Assembly (NCBI GenBank): GCA_965112735.1
Contig: OZ218956.1
Span: 3,720,001 to 3,784,000 of the forward strand
DNA from: Phaeosaccion multiseriatum
Taxonomy: Eukaryota; Protista; Ochrophyta, other classes
Reading direction: 5' to 3'
DNA: 64,000 nucleotides
The position numbers and the translations under genes are program-made. Shown in pieces: positions 24,005 to 35,747 of the stretch (positions within the stretch are counted from its first letter, which is position 1; every line of letters begins with the position of its first letter). The notes under the pieces were generated by a model. That model was not told the origin of the DNA. It did not search any database and saw only the letters and a program-made list of their open reading frames with translations.

Positions 24005-24767
24005 CGCCCCACGCGCACACGTGCCCACGTACCCACACTCACTCACTCACGTACTCACTCACTCACTCACTCACTCACTCCCACCCACCAACTCACACAC
24101 ACCCCACAGCCCCCTCCTGCGCGGTGTGTGGCGAGCGGACGTGTTGGCGCAAGTCAAGTCGATGGCAGACCAACAGGAGGCCGTGGAGGCCGTCGCCAAG
24201 GCAGATAGCGCCAACTCGCTCATCTTGAGGCGGATACGCAAGCTTCTGGTGTGCCTGTTGCTCTCTCTGTACCCGGGCGCCATGTTCTTCCTCGGGCTAA
24301 CCTTCATGGCCAGGGGCAGCCTGTGCGACGCGCCGCTGGCAGGGCTCATGCTCTCAGATGGCTTTGTGCTGCTGTTGGTGCTCTGGGGGAGCGCCTTCTT
24401 CAGCGAGTTCGCCGCCTTGTGCTGCAGCAGGGCCACTTTCCTCTTCTTCCCCGTCATGGGTGTGTTGCTACTGCTGCACCTCCTCCTGGGCAGCTTCTTC
24501 TTCTACTCCTACGTCACAAGGGATCTCCCCAGCGGCGAGGGGGGAGCCCTATCAGGTGGGGACTGCGATGCGGATGTGGAGGAGGCAGCTCTGGCGCTCG
24601 TTGTGGTGGGGTGGCTTGTGCATGGGGTGCCGCCGCTGCTGTGGCTGAGGCTGAAGTACGCCAAGTGGAGCGGGAGGGGAGTTGTTCCAACGGAGGGGGG
24701 GCGAGGGGGGGTGGTGGCGGTGGCGGAAGGGGAGAGGGGGTCGCGCAGGAAAGGACCAGGAGGATAA
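18284..24767 (+). CDS. Multi-exon membrane protein: FN3, beta-sandwich (CBM-like), C2, helical region, 4-TM C-terminus
   Basis: FN3: EVTTTSVRLEWDAP..PIYGYRIS..IVGLQPGGRYRFHI. C2: LHEASDLRAADMMGASDPYVRV..RTSVIPMNVNPVWNSEF..VRDYD..ELLGEV. The final exon has four hydrophobic helices and two loop Cys. Linking all exons into one gene is inferred. Confidence 0.65.
22192..22495. repeat. (CTGC)n microsatellite, intronic
   Basis: Read directly from the sequence. Confidence 0.95.
22764..23036. repeat. (GGA)n tract, about 90 units
   Basis: Read directly from the sequence; lies within the FN3-C2 gene. Confidence 0.95.
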
Positions 24768-25494
24768 GCAAGAGCAAGTACCACAAGAAGAGAACCCGGA
24801 AACAGAGTATAGACTAGCAGCTGTCTCTCAGCTATTACGACAAGCAATATATCCTATAGTTGTTCGTCCTTCATTCTTGTTTCAGTTTCACTTTCACTAC
24901 AGTAAGAGCTGGAGTCCTTTTCCTTAACTGGAGAGCGTGTTGACCAAGTTGTGTTAACTGGGGGTTAACAGAAACGGCTCAACTGGAGTGAGTGTGATAG
25001 AAAGGGCTGCGTGATACACTGGAGCTGTCTTTGTATTTGGAGTGAGTAGCACAGTATTGTACAGCTGTAGAGTGCATGCAAAGACTAAAGACTAGAGCAT
25101 CCGGCCAAAGGTCAGGCTCATGGTCTTACCCTCAGCCTGTTCACTTGGAGGTGTTCGTTTGTGCTGTGGCGATGGTGTCGTGTCTTGGTCCTTCGCTCTG
25201 ACTTCGCTCTGACTGGTCGTTTGCTCCACTTGCTTCCTGCCATAACTGAGGAGGGAGGTGGGGGGGCTAACTCCTCAGGGCCCTCTCCCCTCAAGGGCAG
25301 GAAGGAGGACATGAATCAAAACTCTCCATGCCCTCCAAAACGAACGAAAGAACGAACGAACGCACATCCCACAACTTGCACCATGACTGCTGCGCCTTGC
25401 GAAGCGAGACACGAGTGCACACACGAGTGCCTGGAGTACACATGGGATGCCGAGCGCACCCAACTTCCTGCCGAGCGTCATATCATCATCATCA

Positions 25495-25526
<32 letters not shown>

Positions 25527-25900
25527 ATCATCATCCTCACCTCCTCCTCATCATCACCATCATCATCATCATCATCGTCGTCGTCGTCGTTGTCGTCATC
25601 ATCATCCTTACCTTCTCCTCATCATCACCTTTATCATCATCATCATCATCATCATCACCCTCCTCCTCATTCTCCTCCACCTCCTCCTCCTCATGGTCAC
25701 CATCATCATCACTGTTTCGCGAGCCCCTAGCTTGGCTGCATCTCTCTATTGAGCGCACATGAAGACAAAGCATGCCTGCGGTCTCTTCCTTCCTTCCTTC
25801 CTTCCTTCCTTCCTTCCATTTGTACTACCTCGTCCTTGAGGAAGCGTGCAAATCCCAACAAAGTGCTCCCCAAGGACTCACTCCTGAGCTCTCCTGAGCC

Positions 25901-28565
25901 TCAATCCTTTAGTTTTTGTCTGCAGTTGGAGTGTCCGATCTCCGCCTCCCTCCTCATAGCCGGGCTGATGTCCCTCTCCGTCAGGCTCTCTGCCGGCCCA
26001 CACGCCATCGCCCGTTCGAAGTAAGTCCTCGCCGGCCGGATCCTCCCGCACGCGAAGGCCGCCAGACCAGCGTAGTAGTTATTCCGGAGAGAAGTAGGGC
26101 GCGCCTTGAGAGCCTTCTCGAACCGTTCCAGCGCGGTACGGGGGTTGCGCAGGGGCCAAGGGGCGGCCTTTTTTTTCAAGTACCAATACCGTATCAATGT
26201 CGATGTCAATATCAATGTCGAGGAAGAGTCGGGCACCGTGAGATAAAAAGAAAAGTCAGTCAGCAACCGAGGACAAAGAGAGATAGGAAAGGGGCAGCTT
26301 AGTTTAGTCACTTCTCGAGGCAAGTTGCGAACTGTGTCCATTTAAGTTCTCTCATTCAAGCACGCACGCACGCACACTAGCCAACAAGCTCCTGCCTCCC
26401 TCCCTCCCTCCTCTCCTCCCCCCCTCCCTCCCCTCCCCTCCCCTCCCCTCTGCCCCATCCCCACCCCTCCTCCCCCTCCCCCCCGTTCCCTCCGCCCACC
26501 CCCCCACCCAACCACCCCCCCACCCCACCACCCCACCAAACACTTACCAAGTAATAGGCCCCCGAGAAGATCCACGGCACGCCCCCGTCTTGTGTCTCGT
26601 ACTTGCCTGTGAGCACCTTGACAGCGCTCTTGTACGTGTTGGTGTCGCCCGACATGACGGCAGCCACGATGCCTTTGGAGCTCAGTTGGTACATCAGGGC
26701 CTCCGTGTACAGCTGAGGACAAAGGCAGGGAGGGACAGAGCAGTCATATGGGCAGGGGCAGAGCGGTCATATGGGCAGAGGGGCAGAGCAGTCATATGGG
26801 CAGGGACAGAGCGGTCATATGGGCAGGGGCAGAGCAGTCATATGGGCAGCGACAGAGCAGTGATACGGGCAGGGGCAGAGCGGTCATATGGGCAGCGACA
26901 GAGCGGTCATATGGGCAGGGACAGAGCAGTCATATGGGCAGGGGCAGAGCAGGGATACGGGCAGGGGCAGGAGCAGAGAGGACGGAGCTGTGAGCTTTGA
27001 GCTGTGACCTGCAGCCTCTGATCTGCCTATGAGATCCATCACGTGAGCTAACAGGAAGCTCTAATAAACACCTCCATCACCTGAGCTAGGAAGCTCTAAT
27101 AAACACCTCCAGCCTCTGATCTGCCTGTGAGCTTTGAGCTACGACATACCTGCTGGAGGGCCCCGTCCTTGCTCGTGCCCTCGCTGCCGAAGCCTCTCTT
27201 GCGAGCGATGTCGGTGGCCATTTTCATGATGGGTGGGGCACCGCTCTTCCACCGGGCCTTGTTGCCATCCGAGTCGCTCAGGCCTGAGAACAGCAGCGTG
27301 TTACCCTCTGTCTCGATGCGCACCTGAGGGGTGCAGGGGTGCCGCGGGAGAGGGGGGTGGGAGGGGAGGGGAGGGGAGCGGGTAGAGTATGATCGGGGCG
27401 GGGGGGCAGACGGACTTGAGTGACTGCTTCGTTCGTCGGAGGGAGAAGACGGCTTTCAAAGACACAAAAAGCAGAGTCTGTGAGCATGCATGCATCTAAC
27501 CCCACAGCTCTACGCCTCTACCCTCCCCCGCTCTTCCCCTTCCCCTCCTTCTTCTCCCCCTCCCTCCCCTCTCCACCCTCTGCTCTGCTGCCCCACCTTG
27601 GCGAGGAGCGCCTCAGCGGTAGCGGTGAGTGTGTCTGCATCCTTGTCCGGCAGGGGTTGCAGCAGCGCCAGGGCGGCATCCACAGCCTCCAAGTCCCCCT
27701 CCCCTCTGCCTTCGAGAAGGGCCCTCGCCGCCGCCAACGGTGAGGCGCTGTCACTACTAATGCTGCTGTTGTCACTGCTGCTGTCACTGATGCTGTCGTC
27801 GGTACTAGTGGGGGCTGCTACAGTTTCAGCGGCAGCAGCAGCGGCAGCTGCAATATCACCAGCCGCCGCAAGAGCATCAGCCGCAAGAGCGTCAACACCA
27901 ATACCTTCACCCTCAACAACAGACTTGGCAGCAACAGCTGCTCCCGCTACTCCAGCTGCAATAGCATCAGCTGTGTCTGCGTCAAAACCCTGACACAGTG
28001 AAGTAGAAGCGAGTAAGTTAGTTATAGAGAGTCAGTCGACAGCAGGCGATTCACCACTCCGGCCTGTTGTAGCAAAATGGGGGCATTTTGTCCCAGTCAG
28101 CCCATATCGTTGACTAACCTGGTTGGCTGCGTTCAGCCCCCACTCAAACGGCTCATCGTGCATTTCCTTGGTGAAAGTTGCCTTCAGAGGATTTCCCTGT
28201 GGCACACGACATCGGGCAAATGAGTTTTTGCCGTCACAGAGCAGAGCCCCGAGTACTGACTAAGACGACTTTCACGAGAGCCAGGAAGAGGGAGGGGCGT
28301 ACTCACTCACCATCTCCTCCTCAAGGAAGAACTTCTTCCAAGCCTTGAACGAAGGTGTCGTCTCCCCATCCCCTCCGTCTCCAGCCGCTGACCTCAGGAC
28401 GATTCCACATTCACAACCCTCATGTTTCTGCGTTTGCAGCCGCTGCTGCCGCCCTTTTGATGCCTTCGCCGAACCCACCGCGGGCCCAACAGCCGTACCA
28501 GCAGGGCAAAACGCGGCTCCTGGAACCGGGGCGAATGCCAGCAGTACGATGCCCACACTCTTCAT
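25901..28565 (-). CDS. Putative plastid-targeted TPR-like helical protein, about 5 exons
   Basis: N-terminus MKSVGIVLLAFAPVPGAAF is a signal peptide plus AF motif. Spliced C-terminal part reads GGVPWIFSGAYYL|AAPWPLRNPRTALERFEKALKARPTSLRNNYYAGLAAF..ARTYFERAM, a TPR-like pattern. Confidence 0.7.
26730..26975. repeat. About 23-bp minisatellite (GGCAGGGGCAGAGCRGTCATATG), about 10 degenerate copies, intronic
   Basis: Read directly from the sequence. Confidence 0.9.
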
Positions 28566-29125
28566 CGTTTTGTTTTGATTTCCTTTTTCTCTGACTCCCG
28601 GCCGGGTCTCAGTCGAAGTACACAAGTATGTCAGCGAAATCGACTTCTAACACCATCAACGTGTACAAGAGGGAAGACCGCACGCACCGAGCAGCACCGC
28701 GCCTCTGAGTACGTGTGATGTGATGCAGGTGAAAGTGTTATTCAGTTCGCCTGCCTTTGACTTTCCCGCCTCTCACGAATCTGGCCTATAACCTATCTGT
28801 TTTTAAAAGCATGCCAACTGCTGGGCACGCGCTCCACTCTGGAAGTCTTGCTCTTCGGTCTCTATCCTGATCTGTGATACAATAAAACTGTCTAGCACTA
28901 CGAAGTATTCGCTGTTCAACCCTCCTACCTTCTACTTGTATGTTTACACTGCACCGAAGCACTTCTCTACTAACCTAATGACTTACTCTCTATCCCCAAC
29001 CACTTAAAACTACTTACTTACTGATACGCATCCTTTCCTCCAACACCCCCTACTGTCCCTTCCTGTCTACAAATTATCATACAACAATCCAAACACATTC
29101 CTTCCGGATCTACGGCTCTGTTACC

Positions 29126-32100
29126 TCACGGCCCCAGGCCCAGCAGGGCGGCCAGAGCATCTTTGTGCTCCAACCAACTCTGCAGCACCAGCCACGCTAG
29201 AGCGATGAACGCCACTCTGCCGATGTTGAGCTCCGCGCCCCTGACGCCCATCTGCCGGGGCCCTGACGTGCCCCTCCCCCCCGCGGAAGGATGAGCACCA
29301 GCCCCTGCCCCCTCACTGACGGCGCTGAACAAGCTCCCCTCCTCTCTCCGCTGCCGAGCCCCGACCAAAGCCAAATACACGAGCTCAAGCAGCGTCGCCG
29401 ACAGCACCAGCTGGAACGCACCAGAGACGTTGACATGGGCCAACGCGTCTACCAGGCCCGTGGATACCGCCGCTGCGGGAGAGGCACTGGGCACGACGGG
29501 CAGCAAGGCCTCCACGTACGCCCCGGGGTCCTCCCCGAGGGGGGCAGACCCTCGGCTCGAACTCGCGCCTATCGCGAGCCCTACCACCTCCGCGGCCAGC
29601 CAGCAGAGCAGCCCCACCACGGCGAGGCGAGAGTGCTTCAGCTCCGTCTCTCGGTACCAGATGCGCTCGGACGCTGAAGCAGCGGCCGTTGCTGGTGCCG
29701 CTCCGCTGGCGTGCCTGGGGTCAGGACTGCTGCTCCTCATCCTGCTGCCACTGCGTGTGGTGCTGACAAGCGCTTCCATGTCTTCCTCCACTCCCTCGTC
29801 CTCTTGCCCTCGCTCCCCCTGCTGCTCCACCAGGTTCCAGGGCCACGCAGCTGCAACTGGCGACGCATGCACCCCCACTAGCTGCACGTGCACATTGCCC
29901 AATGAGTTCATACCCATCCTGCCGGCCTCCCCCTCGTCCTCCGCCTCCTCTGCCTCCCCCTCCTCCATCTCCACCACCTCCACCACCACGACCTCCTCCT
30001 CCTCGTCGTCGTCCATGAACATCAACATCTCCTCCTCCTCCACCTCCTCCTCCTCCTCCTCCTGCTGCTGCTGCTCCTCCTTCATCTGCAGCCGCTGCGG
30101 CTCGACGTGGGGCCTGAGCTTCTGCTGCTCCAGCACACCCATTGAGGGGGCTGCCGCTCCTACCGCGAAGGAGGCACTGTCCACGCCGTTACAAGCACCA
30201 TCACCGGTGCCGCCACTACCCACGTCCGTGTACGGCTGCGTGAGGATGCTCACCACGTCTCCGTTCTTTAGTGGGTGGTTGAGACCCACAATGCGGGAGT
30301 TGACCTTGGCGCTGGCCACGCGGCTGAGCACAGGCCGCCCCCGCCCACCCTTCCTCGCGGCCTCCTCCTGCAACATCTCCAACGCGGCGTCTTTGACCGT
30401 ACACGCGGACTGGGGAAGGTCGAGAATCACACCTGCGGAGGTGAACACAAAGCGCCGCCCTAGCACGGAGGCCTCCAGAGACTCGCGGATGGTGCGCGTG
30501 TAGGAGTAGTCTCTGTCTCTGTCTCTGGGCGGCAAGTGCCCAGTTGCTAGTTCCTTCCGCCGCTCCCCGTACTCCTCCTGTGGCCTCGCCCCCCCGCCCT
30601 CCCCCTGCTGCTGGTGCTGTTGGTGCTGCTGGTGCTGCTGGTGCTGTTGGTGGTCCGCGTCAACCTCCTTCTGCACGTCTCTCAGCCAGGGCAGCTCCGT
30701 GTACATGCCGCCGCCCCCTGCCCTCGCCCCTGCCCTCGCCCCCTCCCGCGCAGGCACTCCTCCGGCTGCGCCTCGCTCCACCCAGGACGGGGTGCGGGCC
30801 TGCCTGCCCGCTGCCGCCACCGTAGAGCCACTACCACTACCAGCTCCTGCTCCAACCCCCAAGTCGGGATCGCAGGCATTGGCCACCCCTGTGGACGAGA
30901 TGCGGTCCATCCTGCCCGTGCGTATCTGCACCTCCACCGGATGCCCATTGAGGGACACAGCAGTGTGTAGGCACGTGTATCCGTTGCTCTTGGGGAAGGA
31001 GATGTAGTCCTTCACCCGCGGGGGTGAAATTGGCTTAAGCAGCGCGTGAGCCTTCTCCATGATGCGGTAGCAAAGATCTCTCTCGGTCATGCTCTGCTTC
31101 AGACTGGCCAGGGCGGCTCCCCTGTCAAGGAGTTCTTGTGACTCCATCTCCTCTGAGCCTGCTGCCGCGAGTGTGCGCATGCCCATCGCTTGGTCGCCTT
31201 TCCCAGAGCTCCCCTCCCCCTCCCCCTCCCCCTCCTCCCCTTCGGAGGCGTCAGGCACATCAAAGACAACTCGAAAGGACACGACGTCGTACACTTCGAA
31301 GATTTTGTTTTGGTTCCTCTTCAGAGCGCGCCACACGCCGTACAGGGGTTTGATGTGCGTCTCCACCCGCAGACTCGTCACCCATTGTTGTTGTTGCTGC
31401 TGCTGCTGCTCCGCTAAGAAACCTGCTTCCTCTGCCCCCACCTCCCCTTCCCGCTCAAGTGCCTCTTCCTCAGGGCCGCCCTCCCCTTCCCCTCCCACGG
31501 CACCAGCAAGAGCAGCGGCAGTTGGGGACGGTGCACAGAACGCCGCACGCAACTCGCTCTGCACCCACGCCCTCGTATCCTCTAACACGGCCGAGTTGTG
31601 CTGAGTCATCTCCTCCCTCCTGCTGAGCAGCATGCGGGTGCGTGCGTGCTCCGCCGGGTGCAGCACCTCAAAGCACAGGTCCTCAAGCTCTGTCTTGATG
31701 TTCCACAGCCCGAGGCGGTGCGCGAGAGGCACGAACACGTCCATGGTCTCTCTGGCGATGCTCTGCTGCTTGGCCGGGGGCATTGCCCACAAGGTGCGCA
31801 TGTTGTGCATCCGGTCCGCCAGCTTGACCACCAGCACTCGCCAGTCCTGACTCATGGCGATGAGCATGTGCCGCAGATTCACCACCTGCTTGCTCTCGTC
31901 GGGCAGCGGAATGCGCGCTTTGATGCGTGCGCGGACCTCCTGCTCCGCCTCATCCAAGCCGTCCTGCCCGTTCACGTCCTCGAGACTGAGGTCTATGTCG
32001 CTGGCCGGGCCGTAGATGGCCTCGTCCTGGGCCAGTTTGCTGATCTTGCCAGGAATCTTGGACACTTTGGTCTCGCCCTCCACGATGCGACGCACGGTGG

Positions 32101-33482
32101 TGCCAAACTGAAGGGGAGAGGACACACACATGTACGGCAATCAATCAGCCCCAGGCCACAGGTGGGTGGAGTGGAGAGAGAAAAAAGGGGAAGCTCTACA
32201 GCTCTACGGCTTCGACAAGAGGGGCACTTTTCTCCGACCCCACATGCACGCACACACGCGCCAAGGTTGGCCACCACCACTGCCCCGCCAGTCACCACAC
32301 ACGTGCCCCCCCCCCTCCACGTCCTGGACTCCCCTTCAACCCATCCGCCCACCCCCCTCGCTCCACACACTCTCCAATACCCTGCACACCTGCCCATCCA
32401 CCTCTTCTCGTTAACACCACCCCCTCCTCATTGTAACGCACCTGCCCCTCCACGTCCTCAAACTGAAGCTTTGTGTCCTCGACCGTGTCATGCAGCAGCC
32501 CCGCCACAACGCAGTTACAGTCCATGCCCAGGTCCGCCAGGATGGCCCCCACCGCCACGGGGTGTACGATGAAACTCTCCCCAGAGCGGCGCTTCTGGCC
32601 GCTGTGGGCATGAAACGCCACCTGCAATGCGATGTCCACGCGGTACCTCTCTTCGGCCAGCATGTGCGCGACGTGCGGCTGCAGATACGCGGTGAGGTCT
32701 TCAAGCTCCTGCACGTCTGCGGGGGTCTTGCACCAGCCGAAGGTGGCCGCCAGCGTGGTGAAACCACGCCCCAAGTGTTCTCGCTGCTGCTCTGTGGTGA
32801 GCTCGCTGGGCTCCCACAAGCGTTTCATAGCGCTCACTTGCTCGGACGGTGGCGTTGTGAGCTGGTCCAGCCACTTGCGGATGCCCAGCCCGTCGCCCTC
32901 TTCCTTCTCCTTGCCCTTATTCCACTTCTGGGCGCTGCCCTTGTTATCCGGCCCACCTCCTCCCCCCCTCTTACCTCCACTCCACCCCAACAGCTCCCCA
33001 AACAAGTCGTGCGAAGCGTCTCCGGTACCGCTCACCATCTGCAGAGGCCCCCGCGCTCTCCGCAAGAGCGGTAAATACCTATTTGTAGCTCTTCGCAGCA
33101 TGGGCGACGGAAAATCATCGCTGGTTCTTCTGCCTCTGCTGATACCTTCTCTTGTGCTGCTGCTCCTGCACCCACCCGGCCCCAGAGAGAATGCCGTCGT
33201 CGACGTCGTGGCAGCACTGGCTAAGGAGAGGGCTGTGAGGCAGTAAGAGGACGCGCTCGCCCCTCTTCTCCTCTTGCGCATCACCCGCCCCGTGTGCGCC
33301 GGTTGACAGACCGGCGCAAAGCTCAACCTCGCCGCTCCTGCACGCGGCATCCCACTGCCACCGCTGCGCCTGCTACCACGACTCGCGCCCCAGGCCAATG
33401 TGACCCCCCCTTCATCTTCTCCCCCCCCTGCTGCCCCTGCTTGCCCTTCTGCTCCTCTCTTCGCCCTCGTCGGTGTACTCAT
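29126..33482 (-). CDS. RSH: RelA/SpoT homologue (HD hydrolase, degenerate synthetase, TGS) with a C-terminal light-harvesting-complex (chlorophyll-binding) domain; exons 33482 (or 33281)-32442 and 32107-29126
   Basis: HD: HSGQKRRSGESFIVHP..AGLLHDTVEDT, VKLADRMHNMRTL. Synthetase: YDVVSFRVV, KDYISFPKSNGYTCLHT, VEVQIRT. TGS: FVFT..ILDLP..TVKDAA..AKVNSRIV..LKNGDVVSIL. LHC: WYRETELKHSRLAVVG and AELNIGRVAFIA..LQ. Signal-like YCLTALSLASAATTSTTAF follows Met 33281. Confidence 0.92.
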
Positions 33483-33912
33483 TTGATGTTTAGTGCGCCA
33501 GATTTCGACGGGGCAAAACCTTTTCCACAGTTTAGCCGCACGGCCGCCGACCTGCCCACCCGCTTGTCTCTATCAGCCTCCGGTTAGGGGCTACAGCGTC
33601 TGCTGCATCCTTAGCAGCTGCTGCAGCAGCTTCGTTGCCTTTTACCCCCCCCCCCCTCTTTTCGTTTCCCTCCTTTCTCCTTTCCCGGCCCTCTTGTCTC
33701 TTTTCTTTCTCCTTTAATCCATCCTCCTTCAAGCTCAGATATGCCACTGCAGAAGTCCTACGTCTTCTCTTTCCGCACACTCTCTCTTCTCCTCCTCTTG
33801 TGCTTTCCTCCGCTGGGGTTGTTTATCCTCCTTTCTCTAAACATGGCTTTTTTTCACCAACGTGGTTTCGCACCACGTCCCGTGGATACACCCCCACCCC
33901 CCCCCTCTCCCG

Positions 33913-35747
33913 ATGGCCTTCCTCCGTCCCTCTCTGTCCTTCTCCCTTTTGTCTCAGCGCCCTTGCTCTGCATCCAGTTCCCCGCGTTGCATAGAACGGG
34001 GAAGTAGAGGAGGTGACGACGCACGAGAACAGGGAAGGCCTTGGGAAGGACAGCCGGCGCGAAGGAAGGGGGGAGAGAGGCAAAGAGAAGACTTGGCGTC
34101 AGTTCCGAAATGGAATGAGAAGGGTGAGCCGCAGAACCAGCCGCAGAGGCAGCCGCAGCAGCAGCAAGAGGTAACGTCCATCCCTCACGGAGGCTCATCG
34201 GCAGGCAGAGGCCACCAAGGCGGCGAGCTTGGCGAGCTACTGCCGCGGCGGGGCTTTACGCGGTCGCGTGACGAGAGGCCCAACTCTGCAATGTGCGTAT
34301 CTTGCGCCAGCATGGCGAGTGAAGGGCCTTTCAAGGATAAGATGGGCTTCGAAGACGACCCCATGTGGCAGCGGATTCGTAAGGAGGCCCTGCAGATGGC
34401 GGGCGAGGAACCAGGTGCGATAGGGAGATGAAGAGATTAGAGTGGCCAATCACCCGACCTTTGCCCCATCCTTCCCCAGAGCCGGCCGGAAGGCCGTGCA
34501 AGCACGTGCACCGTGTCCTATGTGGCGAGGAGTCACACAATATTTTGTGGAGAGAAGCCAAGACTTTGCACTGACTGGCTCGTCTCCACCATTGCCCAAA
34601 ACGCCCATTGCACTGCCCAACACGCCCCCCCCCCCCCCGCGCAGGCCTGGCGCGCTACTACGGCAACACCATCCTGCAGTACGGCAGCCTGGAGTGCACG
34701 TTGGTTCACCACCTGAGCAACAAGCTTGGCAACGCAGACCCAGACGCCAACACGTGGTACTCGCTGCTGGAAGGCATCATGAAGACGCACCACTCCGAGC
34801 TCGGGGAGTGCATTCGAGCGGACTTAGAGGCCATCATGGCGAGAGATCCTGCGTGTGAAGGGGCCGCACATGCGCTTCTGAACTTCAAGGTGGGGCAGGA
34901 AGGAGGGAAGGAGGAACAAGGGCGGTCTGTTCACTCTCTACCTGCCTCTCGGTCAGCCTCATCGCGCCCCGGCCTTGTGTCTGACCCCGTCCCTTCTCTC
35001 TCCTCTTTCCCTCCCTCTCTCTGCAGGGCTTCCTGGGTCTGCAATCGTCGCGCATCTCGCACCTGCTGTGGTTGGACGGGCGGAGAGCGCTTGCCCTGGC
35101 ACTGCAGAGCCGAGTCAGCGAGGTGTTCGGCATGGACATTCACCCCGCGTGCCGCATCGGAAGGGTGAGAGAAGAGGGATGGTTGGATACATGAATGGCT
35201 TGCCGTATCACCGGAGACGGATGAGAGGTGGGAGGGGGGTGGATGGATGAACCAACGAACGAAGGAAGGAAGAACGGAAGGGTCCTCCCTCCCGCTCCCC
35301 CCTCCCCGCCCTCGGACCACGAAGCTCAAGCGCTGAAACTGAAACTTCGGACCGTACCGTACCCCCCCCCCCCCCCCCCCCCCTTGCATGCCGCAGGGAG
35401 TGATGCTTGACCACGGCACGGGCATTGTGTTCGGAGAGACGGCCATAGTGGGGGATAACTGCACCATCTTGCACGGAGTCACACTCGGGGGCACGGGCAA
35501 GGACAGAGGAGACAGACACCCCAAGGTGGGCAGCGGCGTGCTCATGGGGGCAGGGGCCATGGTGCTGGGCAACATCACCATTGGGGACGGGTGCAAAATC
35601 GCGGCCGGCAGTGTGGTGCTTAAGCCGCTTCCGGCGCACAGCACGGCTGCGGGGGTGCCGGCGAAGGTGGTGGGCGTCTCCATGGAGGAGAACCCGGGCA
35701 AACATGTGGATCAGAGCCTGCGGAATGTCGTCTACTCCAGCAAGTGA
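33913..35747 (+). CDS. SAT: Serine O-acetyltransferase (CysE/SAT), 4 exons, possibly a fifth exon extending to 36134
   Basis: MWQRIRKEA..EP, ADLEAIMARDPAC, FKGFLGLQ, FGMDIHPACRIG, LDHGTGIVFGETA, VTLGGTGKDRGDRHPKVG, hexapeptide repeats and AAGVPAKVVG. The start codon is uncertain. Confidence 0.93.

Noticed and set aside
25161-25773. His/Ser/Ile-rich ORFs
   Set aside because: Derived from (CAT)/(CGT) microsatellites between two convergent genes.
29430-32572. Long + strand ORFs antisense to RSH
   Set aside because: Shadow ORFs expected from GC-rich codon usage on the opposite coding strand.
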